A stretch of DNA of 64,000 bases, from the NCBI GenBank assembly GCA_965207735.1, contig OZ242296.1, forward strand, positions 2,912,001 to 2,976,000, in the 5' to 3' direction. Position 1 is the stretch's first letter; the number at the start of each line of letters is the position of its first letter. The notes beneath the pieces are model-generated. The model saw only the letters and a program-made list of their open reading frames with translations. It was not told the origin of the DNA and made no database searches. The stretch is from Candidatus Versatilivorator sp. (GTDB lineage: Bacteria > Acidobacteriota > Terriglobia > Versatilivoradales > Versatilivoraceae). Shown here piece by piece: positions 47,157 through 55,853 of this stretch. The position numbers and the translations under genes were made by a program.

Positions 47157-48269
47157 ATGCGAATTGACCGGGTAGAGGTCCGGGTGGTCGGTCCCCAGGC
47201 GCAGCGCTTCACCTGGTCCCACGACCTGCCGGAACAGTACATGACCAACACGGTGGTGCGCATTTTTACCGACGATGGCGTCGAAGGCGTGGCCGGAGTG
47301 TCCAACTACACCTCCTACGCTCACGACCGCTACACGGCCGAGACGCTCCGGCACCTGGTTCCGGCTCTGATCGGCTGTGACCCCCTGGAACGGGAGGCGT
47401 TGTGGCGAAGCCTGTGGTCTCGGGTCTTTCCCCTGGCCCCCGGAGCCCTGGCGGTGGTGGATATCGCGCTCTGGGACCTGCTGGGCAAAGCTTCCAATCT
47501 GCCCATCTACCAGCTTCTGGGCGGGGCCCGCCGGCAGATTCCCTCCTATGCCAGCACCCCCATGCTGGAGGACGTTTCCGCCTACCTGGACTTCGTGGAC
47601 CAACTGCTGGAGCAGGGGTTCGGGGCCGTCAAGTTCCACTGCTGGTGCGTGCCCGACAGGGACCTGGAGCTGGCCCGGGCCGTCCGTGGGAAACATGCTC
47701 CGGACCGGCTGGCCCTGATGCTGGACGTGGAGAACAACTACGACTGGGACAGCGCGCTGCGGGTGGCCTGGGAGTTGGAAGCCCTGGAGTTTAGCTGGTT
47801 CGAGGCTCCGCTGATGGACTACGACCTGGACGGCTATCGCAGGCTGACCCGCCGGGTGGAAATTCCTATCGTACCGTCGGGGAACTGGGTCCAGGATCTG
47901 CCCGCCTTTCAGGAGGCCTTGCGCAGGGAGGCCTGGAGCCGGGCCCGGACCGACGTCACCGTCTGCAGCGGCCTGACGCCGGCCCGCAAGGCCATGGGGC
48001 TGGTGGAGGCCGCCGGCATGAAGTGCGAGGTGATGTCGTGGGGGAACACGCTGGTGTCGGCGGCCAACCTTCATTTGATGCTGGGTTTCGACCTGTGCAC
48101 CTATTTCGAGCAGGCCGTTCCCTACCAACCCTACGAGTACGGAATGAAGGATGTGATCCGGACCGGACCGGACGGGATGGTGTCAGCCCCCGCCGGTCCG
48201 GGTCTGGGTGTGGAGGCGGACTGGGAAGCCATGGAAGCCGCCACCCTGCTCAGCTTCAGCAGCCCCTAG
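47157..48269 (+). CDS. mandelate racemase/muconate lactonizing enzyme family
   Basis: 'TDDGVEG', 'DIALWDLLGK', 'AVKFH', 'LMLD', 'WFEAP', 'PGLG'; AAGGAG RBS. Confidence 0.9.
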   Translation: MRIDRVEVRVVGPQAQRFTWSHDLPEQYMTNTVVRIFTDDGVEGVAGVSNYTSYAHDRYTAETLRHLVPALIGCDPLEREALWRSLWSRVFPLAPGALAVVDIALWDLLGKASNLPIYQLLGGARRQIPSYASTPMLEDVSAYLDFVDQLLEQGFGAVKFHCWCVPDRDLELARAVRGKHAPDRLALMLDVENNYDWDSALRVAWELEALEFSWFEAPLMDYDLDGYRRLTRRVEIPIVPSGNWVQDLPAFQEALRREAWSRARTDVTVCSGLTPARKAMGLVEAAGMKCEVMSWGNTLVSAANLHLMLGFDLCTYFEQAVPYQPYEYGMKDVIRTGPDGMVSAPAGPGLGVEADWEAMEAATLLSFSSP

Positions 48270-48318
48270 AAACCTGGGGGGGTTGTCTGATTGAACTTCT
48301 ACGCGAAGGAGAGAGCTC

Positions 48319-49581
48319 ATGATCGATCGACGCACCTTTATCGGCACCCTGGGGAGCAGCCTGGCGATTCCCCCCTTGCTCTGGGGAGAGGCCGCCAAGC
48401 CCAGGCGGCTGGCCATGGTGACCACCGAATGGCGGTACCCGTCCCACGCCTGGCACATGGGCGAGCGCTTCCTGGTGGGATATCCCGTAGAGGGACGATG
48501 GCACCGGTCCCCCCTCGAGCTGGTATCGACCTACATGGACCAGTTTCCGGAGAATGACCTGAGCCGCGCCCGCTCGCAGGAGTTCGGATTCCCCCTCTAC
48601 CCCACCATCGCCGAAGCGCTGCGCTGCGGCGGGGACAAGCTGGACGTGGATGCGGTGCTCCTGGTCGGCGAGCACGGGAAGTACCCGGTCAACGAACTGG
48701 GGCAGACGCTCTATCCCCGCTACGAATTCTTCAAGGAGATCGTGGAGGTCTTCAAGCAGGACGGCCGAAGCGTCCCCGTTTTCAACGACAAGCACCTGTC
48801 CTGGAAGTGGGAGTGGTCCAAGGAGATGGTGGATACGGCCCATGCCATGGGGTTCCCGCTGCTGGCCGGGTCCTCGCTGCCGGTCACCTGGAGGATGCCT
48901 TCCATCGACATGCCCTATGGAGCCGAGATCGAGGAAGTCATGTGCGTGGCTATCGGCGGGGTGGACAGCTACGACTTTCACGCTCTGGAAACGATTCAAT
49001 GCATGGCGGAACGCCGCCGGGGTGGCGAAACCGGAGTGGACTGGCTTCAGGCCATGCGCGGAGAGCCGGTCTGGGAAGCCATGGGGAAGGGCTCCTTCGA
49101 TGCCGGCGGCTGGGACCCGCAGCTCTTTTCCACCTGCCTCTGCCGCAGCCTGACCCTCACCCAGGCCGAAACCATGAACCATCGCTACCCCAACCGGGAG
49201 CAGATCCGGCAATGGGTCAAGGAGCCGGTGGTCTACCGCTACCAGCACACCGACGGCGTGAAGGCCACCATGATGCTGATGAACGGCCTGGTGGACGACT
49301 TCACCTTCGCCGCCCGGATCAAGAGCCGCTCCGAGCCCCTCTCCACCCTGTTCTACCTTCCGCCCACCCCCAACGTGGTCTACACCGCGGCCCTGATGCA
49401 CAAGGTGGAGGAGATGGTCCTGACGGGGAAGGCTCCCTACCCCGCCGAACGTACGCTGCTGACCTCCGGCCTGGTGACAGCCGGAGTTCACTCCCTGGGC
49501 CAGGGCGGGAAAAAGCTGGAGACACCCCACCTGGGAGTCCGCTACCAGGCCCCCCGGGAATCGCACTACCTGCGGAGTTGA
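48319..49581 (+). CDS. uncharacterised Tat-exported protein, remote Gfo/Idh/MocA-like
   Basis: 'DRRTFI'; 'VDAVLLVGEHG.YP', 'PVFNDKHL', 'AGSSLP', 'YDFHALE'. Confidence 0.65.
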   Translation: MIDRRTFIGTLGSSLAIPPLLWGEAAKPRRLAMVTTEWRYPSHAWHMGERFLVGYPVEGRWHRSPLELVSTYMDQFPENDLSRARSQEFGFPLYPTIAEALRCGGDKLDVDAVLLVGEHGKYPVNELGQTLYPRYEFFKEIVEVFKQDGRSVPVFNDKHLSWKWEWSKEMVDTAHAMGFPLLAGSSLPVTWRMPSIDMPYGAEIEEVMCVAIGGVDSYDFHALETIQCMAERRRGGETGVDWLQAMRGEPVWEAMGKGSFDAGGWDPQLFSTCLCRSLTLTQAETMNHRYPNREQIRQWVKEPVVYRYQHTDGVKATMMLMNGLVDDFTFAARIKSRSEPLSTLFYLPPTPNVVYTAALMHKVEEMVLTGKAPYPAERTLLTSGLVTAGVHSLGQGGKKLETPHLGVRYQAPRESHYLRS

Positions 49582-49760
49582 GGCAGGGGGTGGCTTGGGG
49601 AGCCCACCCAGAATTCAGGCCGCGGTTGGGAGTGAGGAATTGCTCGAATTGAGGAGCTGCGAATAGAAAGAGGAATGGTTCTGCTTTCTTGGATAGTAGT
49701 TGCCCTATCCCCTTTGCGGCTCATGCCTCGCTCTCCGTAACTCAGCGTTCCCCGATCCCG

Positions 49761-50930
49761 TCATTGAACCGGCCGCAGTTCGAGTTCGTGGATGTTCTTG
49801 AGGGGTAGGGCGGTGATGGTCTCGGTCAAGGAATACTCCCGGTCGCCGGGGTAAATTGCCCACAGGTGCTCCAATCCCAGGTCTTCCATGACGATGTGCA
49901 TGGATTTGGTCGTGCGCGGGGCATCGGTGCACTTGAACTCGAAGCCCCAGCGCCGGCCTCGCCGCTGCAGCATCAAATCCAACTCGGCGCCGCGTCGGGT
50001 ACCGTAAAAGCAGGCTTCGCGCTCCCCGTGGGCCAGTAGCGTCTGCTCCAGTGCGAATCCCTCCCAACTGGCGCCGTAGCGTGGATGCAGCGGCAGTTCC
50101 TGGGGCTCCTCCAGCCCCAGCAGGAAATGCAGGACTCCGCTGTCGCGCAGATACACCTTGGGCGATTTGACGAGGCGCTTTCCCAGACTTTCCCTCCAGG
50201 GCGGGAGCACCCGGATCATGAAGGTGCCCGCCAGCAGATCCCGGTAGTGGTTCACCGCGGTCGCGCTCACGTCCATGGACCGCCCCAGCTCGGTTGCGTT
50301 CCAGACTTGTCCGTGGAAATGGGCCAGCATCCTCCAGAATCGCCCCAAGGCTTCGGGAGACACTCTCGAGCCCAGTCCCGGGATGTCCCTCTCCAGAAGG
50401 GTGCGGGTAAACGACTCCATCCAACGGGTCCATTCCGTCGCCGACCGAGCCAGCCAGGCTCGCGGAAAGCCGCCGCGCATCCAGAGACGGTCCTGGTTCT
50501 GCCGGCCCACTTCGGCAAGCGAGAAGCCACCCACGTCCACGAAGAGTATTCTCCCCGCCAGAGTCTCCGATATCCCTTGGATCAGGTCCCAGGAAGCACT
50601 GCCCAAGAGCAGGAAGACCGCTTTACGCTTCCGGTCGTCACAGATCGGGCGCAGGATCTCGAACAGTGCCGGCATGCGCTGCACCTCGTCCAGAACCACC
50701 AGACCTTCGCTTTGGCCAAGCAGTCTCTCGGGAGTTGCAGACATTGCTTGCCGCACGGCAGCGACCTCGAGGTCCAGGACCGTCGATGGTCCCGGCCACT
50801 CGGACGCTACCCGCTGGGCCAGAGTGGTCTTGCCTACCTGTCTGGCGCCCAGCAAGGCCACTACCGGCACTTGGGATAGTCCGCTGACAATGTCGGCACG
50901 CAGATCGGGACGGGCAATATATTGTTGCAT
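49761..50930 (-). CDS. AAA+ ATPase with DUF4143 domain
   Basis: 'GARQVGKTT', 'LDEVQ', 'LLGSAS', 'RGGFP', 'KSPKVYLRDSG', 'GASWEG', 'ELDL...GFEFK'. Confidence 0.92.
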   Translation of the reverse strand: MQQYIARPDLRADIVSGLSQVPVVALLGARQVGKTTLAQRVASEWPGPSTVLDLEVAAVRQAMSATPERLLGQSEGLVVLDEVQRMPALFEILRPICDDRKRKAVFLLLGSASWDLIQGISETLAGRILFVDVGGFSLAEVGRQNQDRLWMRGGFPRAWLARSATEWTRWMESFTRTLLERDIPGLGSRVSPEALGRFWRMLAHFHGQVWNATELGRSMDVSATAVNHYRDLLAGTFMIRVLPPWRESLGKRLVKSPKVYLRDSGVLHFLLGLEEPQELPLHPRYGASWEGFALEQTLLAHGEREACFYGTRRGAELDLMLQRRGRRWGFEFKCTDAPRTTKSMHIVMEDLGLEHLWAIYPGDREYSLTETITALPLKNIHELELRPVQ

Positions 50931-51078
50931 ATCACATTTCTAAGATAGAATAAGCAACAATAATGTTACTTGAATGACTAACGTTCGTCCAGTTCAATCG
51001 GAAGCGCGGTTGCCATTGGAGAAGCGGAGTCGCTCTCGAGATTACTCCCCGCGACTCGATTGTCGGAAAGGGACCGGT

Positions 51079-51780
51079 TCAGCGGTAGAGCACCGTGCAG
51101 TCAGGCAGGGCCGCCTGGATTCGGCGGATGCCGTCCGGGGAGACCCGGGTGCCGTAGAGGCCCACGGCCTTGAGCTGGGAGAGTTTCTCCAGTTGCTTGA
51201 GCTCGGGGTCGCCGATCTGGGTGTAGGAAAGGTCGAGCCAAGCCAGATTGGTCAGGTTCTGCAGGTGGATCAGTCCGGTGCCGGTCACGCGGGTGTGCTG
51301 GATGCCAAGGAACTCAAGCTGCTGAAGCGGCTTGAAATGGACCAGCCCGGCATCGGTGATCTTGGATCCGTAGAGGAACAGTTCCTTGAGGTTGGGCAGG
51401 TGCCGCAGGCCGGCCAGCCCTTCATCGGTGATTTCGTTGGGCGGGTAGAGCTCGGCCAGAGCGGTGAGGCCCTTCAGGTGGCGAAGCCCTTCGGTGGTGG
51501 CCCGGACCGGCATAATCAGCGTCCGAAGTCGCTGCAGGCCATCCAGGAGGGTGAGGTCGTCGTCGGTCAGATCGGTCCAGTAGAGGTTGAGCAGGGTGAT
51601 GTGGCCTTCCCCGTCCGCCTGAACCTCAGCGCCCCTTGCCGTCAGCTGATCGGCAAGCCCGGACGGAGTGCCCGGTGCGGGTTCTGCAGGCTCGCGGGAG
51701 GCTTCGGGTTGACCGCAAGCGCCAGTGAGAAGTAGTGCTATACAAAGGAGACAACGGCGGAGTAAGGAGTAAGCTGCCAC
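51079..51780 (-). CDS. leucine-rich repeat lipoprotein (start uncertain)
   Basis: 'LLTGAC' lipobox; ~24-aa repeats 'ITD.GL.HL..L.NL..L.L..T'. Confidence 0.8.
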   Translation of the reverse strand: MAAYSLLRRCLLCIALLLTGACGQPEASREPAEPAPGTPSGLADQLTARGAEVQADGEGHITLLNLYWTDLTDDDLTLLDGLQRLRTLIMPVRATTEGLRHLKGLTALAELYPPNEITDEGLAGLRHLPNLKELFLYGSKITDAGLVHFKPLQQLEFLGIQHTRVTGTGLIHLQNLTNLAWLDLSYTQIGDPELKQLEKLSQLKAVGLYGTRVSPDGIRRIQAALPDCTVLYR

Positions 51781-51949
51781 GTGTTTTTCTTGTGCAAAAT
51801 GAACTCGAATACGCATGATCAAGTATAGATAAACTCTGTTTCTTTTCAACTGACGGTGTTGAGTCGAGCCAGTGGGTTCCAGCACAGGGGTGAACAGGCT
51901 TCTACTTGACTTGGGGACCATTTCTATCTGACTGTATAGGTCAGTAACC

Positions 51950-52105
51950 ATGTGGGAGCATTGGTGCAGATCGACGGCGATCACGATGATCTTCTGGGAT
52001 GCCTCCGCGGTCCTCCCACTCTGCCTGCGAGAGGACCCATCGCCACTCGTGCGGGACTTGTTGCTTGGCGACCCGGCGATGGTGGTGCCCAGAAGTGAGG
52101 ATTAG
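51950..52105 (+). pseudogene. collapsed vapBC-type TA locus (antitoxin stub plus truncated PIN toxin)
   Basis: Palindrome CTGAC-N7-GTCAG (51928-51944); ATG then antitoxin-like tail 'ADRRRSR*' with ATGA overlap into 'MIFWDASAVLPLCLRE...DPAMVV' (39 aa). Confidence 0.6.
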
Positions 52106-52175
52106 GAACTCGGCAGATGTTCTTGGGTCACGAGAACGGCTCCTCTTCTACACAACAGTTCGGAAACGGCGCCGT

Positions 52176-52251
52176 CCCCGGTGTATCGAAGTGGGCGAGA
52201 TAGGCGTAGCTGTGGCAGGCCTTGTGCGGGCGGGACGCCCGCGCTCCCGGG
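52176..52251 (-). repeat. family A arm with RAYT-like N-terminal coding remnant
   Basis: REP-A arm reads directly into 'HKACHSYAYLAHFDTPG'. Confidence 0.65.
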
Positions 52252-52305
52252 GGGTGGTCATCCGCGGCGCCTGCGCAAGGGGGGAAGAGATTCGGAGATT
52301 CAACG

Positions 52306-53472
52306 ATGAGTATCTTTGAGTTGCCGATCCGGGCGAGATCGGCGCCGCGCGGGGTTTCCCGCCGGGGGTTTGTGGCGGCCGCGCCGGCGGTGTTGGCCGG
52401 ACTGGCCTGGGCGTCGAAGCCGGGCCGCGCCGAGACCGCGGAGGTGGCGTGGCTGGATGAGGTGCAAACTCCGCCGGCCAGGCTGCCGCCGGAGGCTCCC
52501 GATCTCCCTCCCCTGCTGGTCGGTCCGGGCGGGGCTCCCATCCGCTCCCGGGCTCAGTGGGAATCCGAACGCCGCAGGATCCGGCGGGACTGGATGCGGT
52601 TTCTGGGACCCATGCCGGCCGACAGGCCTCCGCTCGAGATGGAGGTCCTTGCAGAGGAAACACTGGACGGAGCCCTGGTGCGGCAACTGGTTCGCTACAA
52701 CGCCGAGGCCGGGGTTCGGGTGGAAGGTTACCTGCTGGCGCCGGCGGCGGCCTCGGGGCGGGACCGGCGGCCGGGGGTGGTGGTGCTGCACCAAACCAGC
52801 AGCCTCACCATCGACCTGGTGGCGGGGGTCAACGGCCCCGAGGAGCAGCAGGTCGGATTGAAGCTGGCTCGCCGCGGCCTGGTTGCCTTTTGCCCGCGCT
52901 GCTTTCTGTGGCAGGATGCCGGCAACTTCCTGGAGGCCATGGCTCGCTTCAAGAAACGGCACCCGGAGACTCTCTGCATGCACAAGATGCTTTGGGACGC
53001 CATGCGCGGGGTCGACCTGCTGGCGAGCCTGCCCCAGGTAGATGCTTCCCGAATCGGGGCGGCCGGCCATTCGCTGGGGGCCATCGAGTCGCTCTACCTG
53101 GCCGCCTTCGATGAGAGAGTGAAGGCGACGGTCGCCAGCGAAGCGGGACTGGATTTCAGTTTCACCAACTGGCACGATCCCTGGTTCCTGGGTCCCGCCA
53201 TCCGCAGCCCCGATTTCAGGCTGAACCACCACCAACTCCTGGCTCTGACCGCGCCCCGCTCCTTCCTGTTGCTGGCCGGAGAATCGGGACGCCACGCGGC
53301 CGACGGCGACCGCAGTTGGCCCTTCATCGAAGCCGCCTTGAAGGTCTACCGGCTGTATGGCTCACCGGCCCGCCTGGGCATCTACAACCACGGCAAGGGG
53401 CACACTCTGCCGCCCCAGGCCTTCCAGAGAATGGCCGAGTGGCTGGAAACCTATTTGAGGGTGAAGAGCTGA
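52306..53472 (+). CDS. alpha/beta hydrolase (dienelactone hydrolase/esterase-like), Tat signal
   Basis: 'SRRGFV'; 'VVLHQT', 'GHSLGA', 'LTAPR', 'NHGKGH'. Confidence 0.85.
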   Translation: MSIFELPIRARSAPRGVSRRGFVAAAPAVLAGLAWASKPGRAETAEVAWLDEVQTPPARLPPEAPDLPPLLVGPGGAPIRSRAQWESERRRIRRDWMRFLGPMPADRPPLEMEVLAEETLDGALVRQLVRYNAEAGVRVEGYLLAPAAASGRDRRPGVVVLHQTSSLTIDLVAGVNGPEEQQVGLKLARRGLVAFCPRCFLWQDAGNFLEAMARFKKRHPETLCMHKMLWDAMRGVDLLASLPQVDASRIGAAGHSLGAIESLYLAAFDERVKATVASEAGLDFSFTNWHDPWFLGPAIRSPDFRLNHHQLLALTAPRSFLLLAGESGRHAADGDRSWPFIEAALKVYRLYGSPARLGIYNHGKGHTLPPQAFQRMAEWLETYLRVKS

Positions 53473-53540
53473 ATCGGGTGGGAATGCAGAATCCGGCTGA
53501 CCGGGTGCTGGACTTGTCTGAGATCGAACACCAGGGATGA

Positions 53541-53630
53541 TTGCTGACGCCGCCTACGCGGCTCTACTCTAGAGCCAAGCTTTCCATGGGCTTACGCCCA
53601 CGGCTACCTGCTGCCGCCGCTTCGCGGCTT
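53541..53630. repeat. REP-like family B element (inverted)
   Basis: CCATGGGCTTACGCCCACGGCTACCTGCTGCCGCCGC core. Confidence 0.8.
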
Positions 53631-53868
53631 ACTGGAATCCTCGGGCTGCGCCCTCGATCCGCGAAGCAACAAACCCAATTCGTGATTCTCGAATTGGAGC
53701 CCCGGGGCTGGCGCCCGGGGGACTTTGGTTTGAGAATTCCGTTTCCCGGCAGTGTCGGGTTCAGAGGAGAGCGGCGTAGGCGCCGGCGTATAGCTCAGTC
53801 GGTTAGCTTCCGGTCGTTGCATCCCCCACTGTTGCTGAGAAATGCAAGCCGGTCTCGGTTCGCGAGGC

Positions 53869-55827
53869 TCAGAAAAAGACGTACATCAGAAAGACGGCAG
53901 AGGCGCAGAGGACTCCGGCCCAGAAGCGGTCGTCCCGCAGCCTTCCCACCAGAGCCTGGACTCCACCCGGGGTTCCCTTCCCTTTCCCCATGCCCACCCA
54001 GAAGAGCGCCAGGGTCCAGGCGGCTCCCAGCAGGGCCGCTGCAAGGGGGCTCAGCGTTTCCCGGTATACCCACCAGCCGAGCAGCGCAAACCAGGCGATG
54101 GAAACCAGCAGGCCGACGCCGATTCGGGAGAGGTCCCGGGATGAATGGCCGGTGAGGTCGGTCCAGACCAGCTTTTCCTTGTCGGGGTCGCGCCTGGTGG
54201 TCCAACTGACCAGGACCTGGGTGGCGGCGCACAGGAGTATCACCAGCACCACCCGGTGAAAGAAGTTGAGCTCCGATCCGAAAGTGTGCGAGACCCCCGG
54301 ATGGCTCAGGTGGTAGCTGTTGTAGGCAAACTCCACCAGCCAGGAGTAGAAGATCCCGCCAACGATGGTGGCGAACCCGGCCGCGGGCGTGCTGCGCCTC
54401 CAGAACATCCCCAACAGGAAGGCCACCAGCAGTCCGGGCATCAGGTAGCTTCCGTACTGCACGATCTGGAGGAAGAAGTTTTCTTCCGAGTTGGGATCGA
54501 GCACGAAGATGGCCAGCAGCGCCGCCAGCACCACGAAAAAGAGGATGCAGAGCCGGCCCACCAGGATCATTCGGCGCTCATCGGCGTTGGGGTTCAGGTG
54601 CCGCTTGTAGACGTCCACCGCCACCAGGGTGGCGGCGGAATTCATCATGGAGTCGATAGAGGAGAGAATGGCCCCGATGACTCCGGCCATGATCAGGCCG
54701 ACCACTCCGGTGCCCAGCGGGATCACCAGCTTGACCAGCTCGGTGAAGGCCGTATCGGGGGCGATGGTGCGGTCGGGCAGCTGGGTCTGAAACAGGTAGA
54801 AGGCTGCCACACCGGTTCCGATGGCGAAGAAGGGAATCAGCATCTTCAGGAACCCGGCCGCGATGATCCCCCAGCGCGCCTCCAGGTCGCTGCGGGCGCT
54901 CAGGGCCCGCTGCACGATGAACTGGTTGGTTGCCCAATAGAAGCAATGCAGGGCCATCAGCCCGGTCAGGACGCCCGTCCAGGGCAGCTCGGGGTGGCTG
55001 GCGGGCAGGTAGAGGTGCATCTTGTCGGCCCCTTGTCGGTCTAACTCCATCATGGAATCCCAGCCGCCAATCTGGTTGAAGGTCAGAACTGCCAGGAGTA
55101 TCCCTGCCCCCAGCAGCATGACCGACTGGATCACGTCGGTCCAGATGACGGCCTTCAACCCTCCCCAGATGGTGTAGCTGGCCGAGACTGCCGCCAGCGC
55201 AATCACGAAGAAGGCGTAGTAGAAAGGGTTCACGTTGAGCTTGGCCCGACCGGGCGGGGACTGTACCTGCCCGGAGGAGGAACCGTCTCCCTCGCCAGGA
55301 AGGGCTGCACTGGCAGGCCCGCGTGTTTCCCCGCTCGCCGTCACCGCCACCCTGTTGACGGCGGCGCCGCCCAGCAGGACGCAGACCGAGCGCGAGCCGA
55401 TGTAGAGCGCCGGCACCATCTGGATGACGGCCATCAGGACCACCATGATGAGCGAATAGGAAAGACGGCTGCGCTCGTCGTAGCGGGCTCCCAGGTAGTG
55501 GGAGAGGGTGTAGACCTTCAGGCGCCGAAAGACGGGCAGGAAGCCGTAGCAGAGCAGCATCAGCCCCACGATGGCCCCGAGCTCGAAGTGGGCCTGGGCG
55601 AACCCCACGCTGAACCCGATCCCCATCATGCCCACCATGTGGTTGGCGCTGACGTTGCTGCCGAAGATCGAGCCGGCCACCCCCCACCAGGGGGTGCTGC
55701 GGCCGGCCAGAAAGAAGTCCTCCGAGGTCTCCTCTCTGCGGCTGGCCCACAGCCCGATGGCCAGCACGGCCGCCAGGGATCCAAAGAAGACGATCAGGTC
55801 GGGAGTGGTCAGGACGTTCTCGGACAA
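53869..55827 (-). CDS. sodium:solute symporter (SSS/SGLT-like)
   Basis: 'DFFLAGRS', 'GGLKAVIWTDVIQ', 'YWATNQFIVQRALSA', 'LSSIDSMMNS'. Confidence 0.92.
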   Translation of the reverse strand: MSENVLTTPDLIVFFGSLAAVLAIGLWASRREETSEDFFLAGRSTPWWGVAGSIFGSNVSANHMVGMMGIGFSVGFAQAHFELGAIVGLMLLCYGFLPVFRRLKVYTLSHYLGARYDERSRLSYSLIMVVLMAVIQMVPALYIGSRSVCVLLGGAAVNRVAVTASGETRGPASAALPGEGDGSSSGQVQSPPGRAKLNVNPFYYAFFVIALAAVSASYTIWGGLKAVIWTDVIQSVMLLGAGILLAVLTFNQIGGWDSMMELDRQGADKMHLYLPASHPELPWTGVLTGLMALHCFYWATNQFIVQRALSARSDLEARWGIIAAGFLKMLIPFFAIGTGVAAFYLFQTQLPDRTIAPDTAFTELVKLVIPLGTGVVGLIMAGVIGAILSSIDSMMNSAATLVAVDVYKRHLNPNADERRMILVGRLCILFFVVLAALLAIFVLDPNSEENFFLQIVQYGSYLMPGLLVAFLLGMFWRRSTPAAGFATIVGGIFYSWLVEFAYNSYHLSHPGVSHTFGSELNFFHRVVLVILLCAATQVLVSWTTRRDPDKEKLVWTDLTGHSSRDLSRIGVGLLVSIAWFALLGWWVYRETLSPLAAALLGAAWTLALFWVGMGKGKGTPGGVQALVGRLRDDRFWAGVLCASAVFLMYVFF

Positions 55828-55853
55828 TGGAGGTCACCGTTCAGGGGAGGAAG

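Noticed and set aside
53780-53870. tRNA-like start CGGCGTATAGCTCAGTCGGTTAG
   Set aside because: D stem does not close (no GAGC), and no anticodon arm, T arm or acceptor partner could be folded
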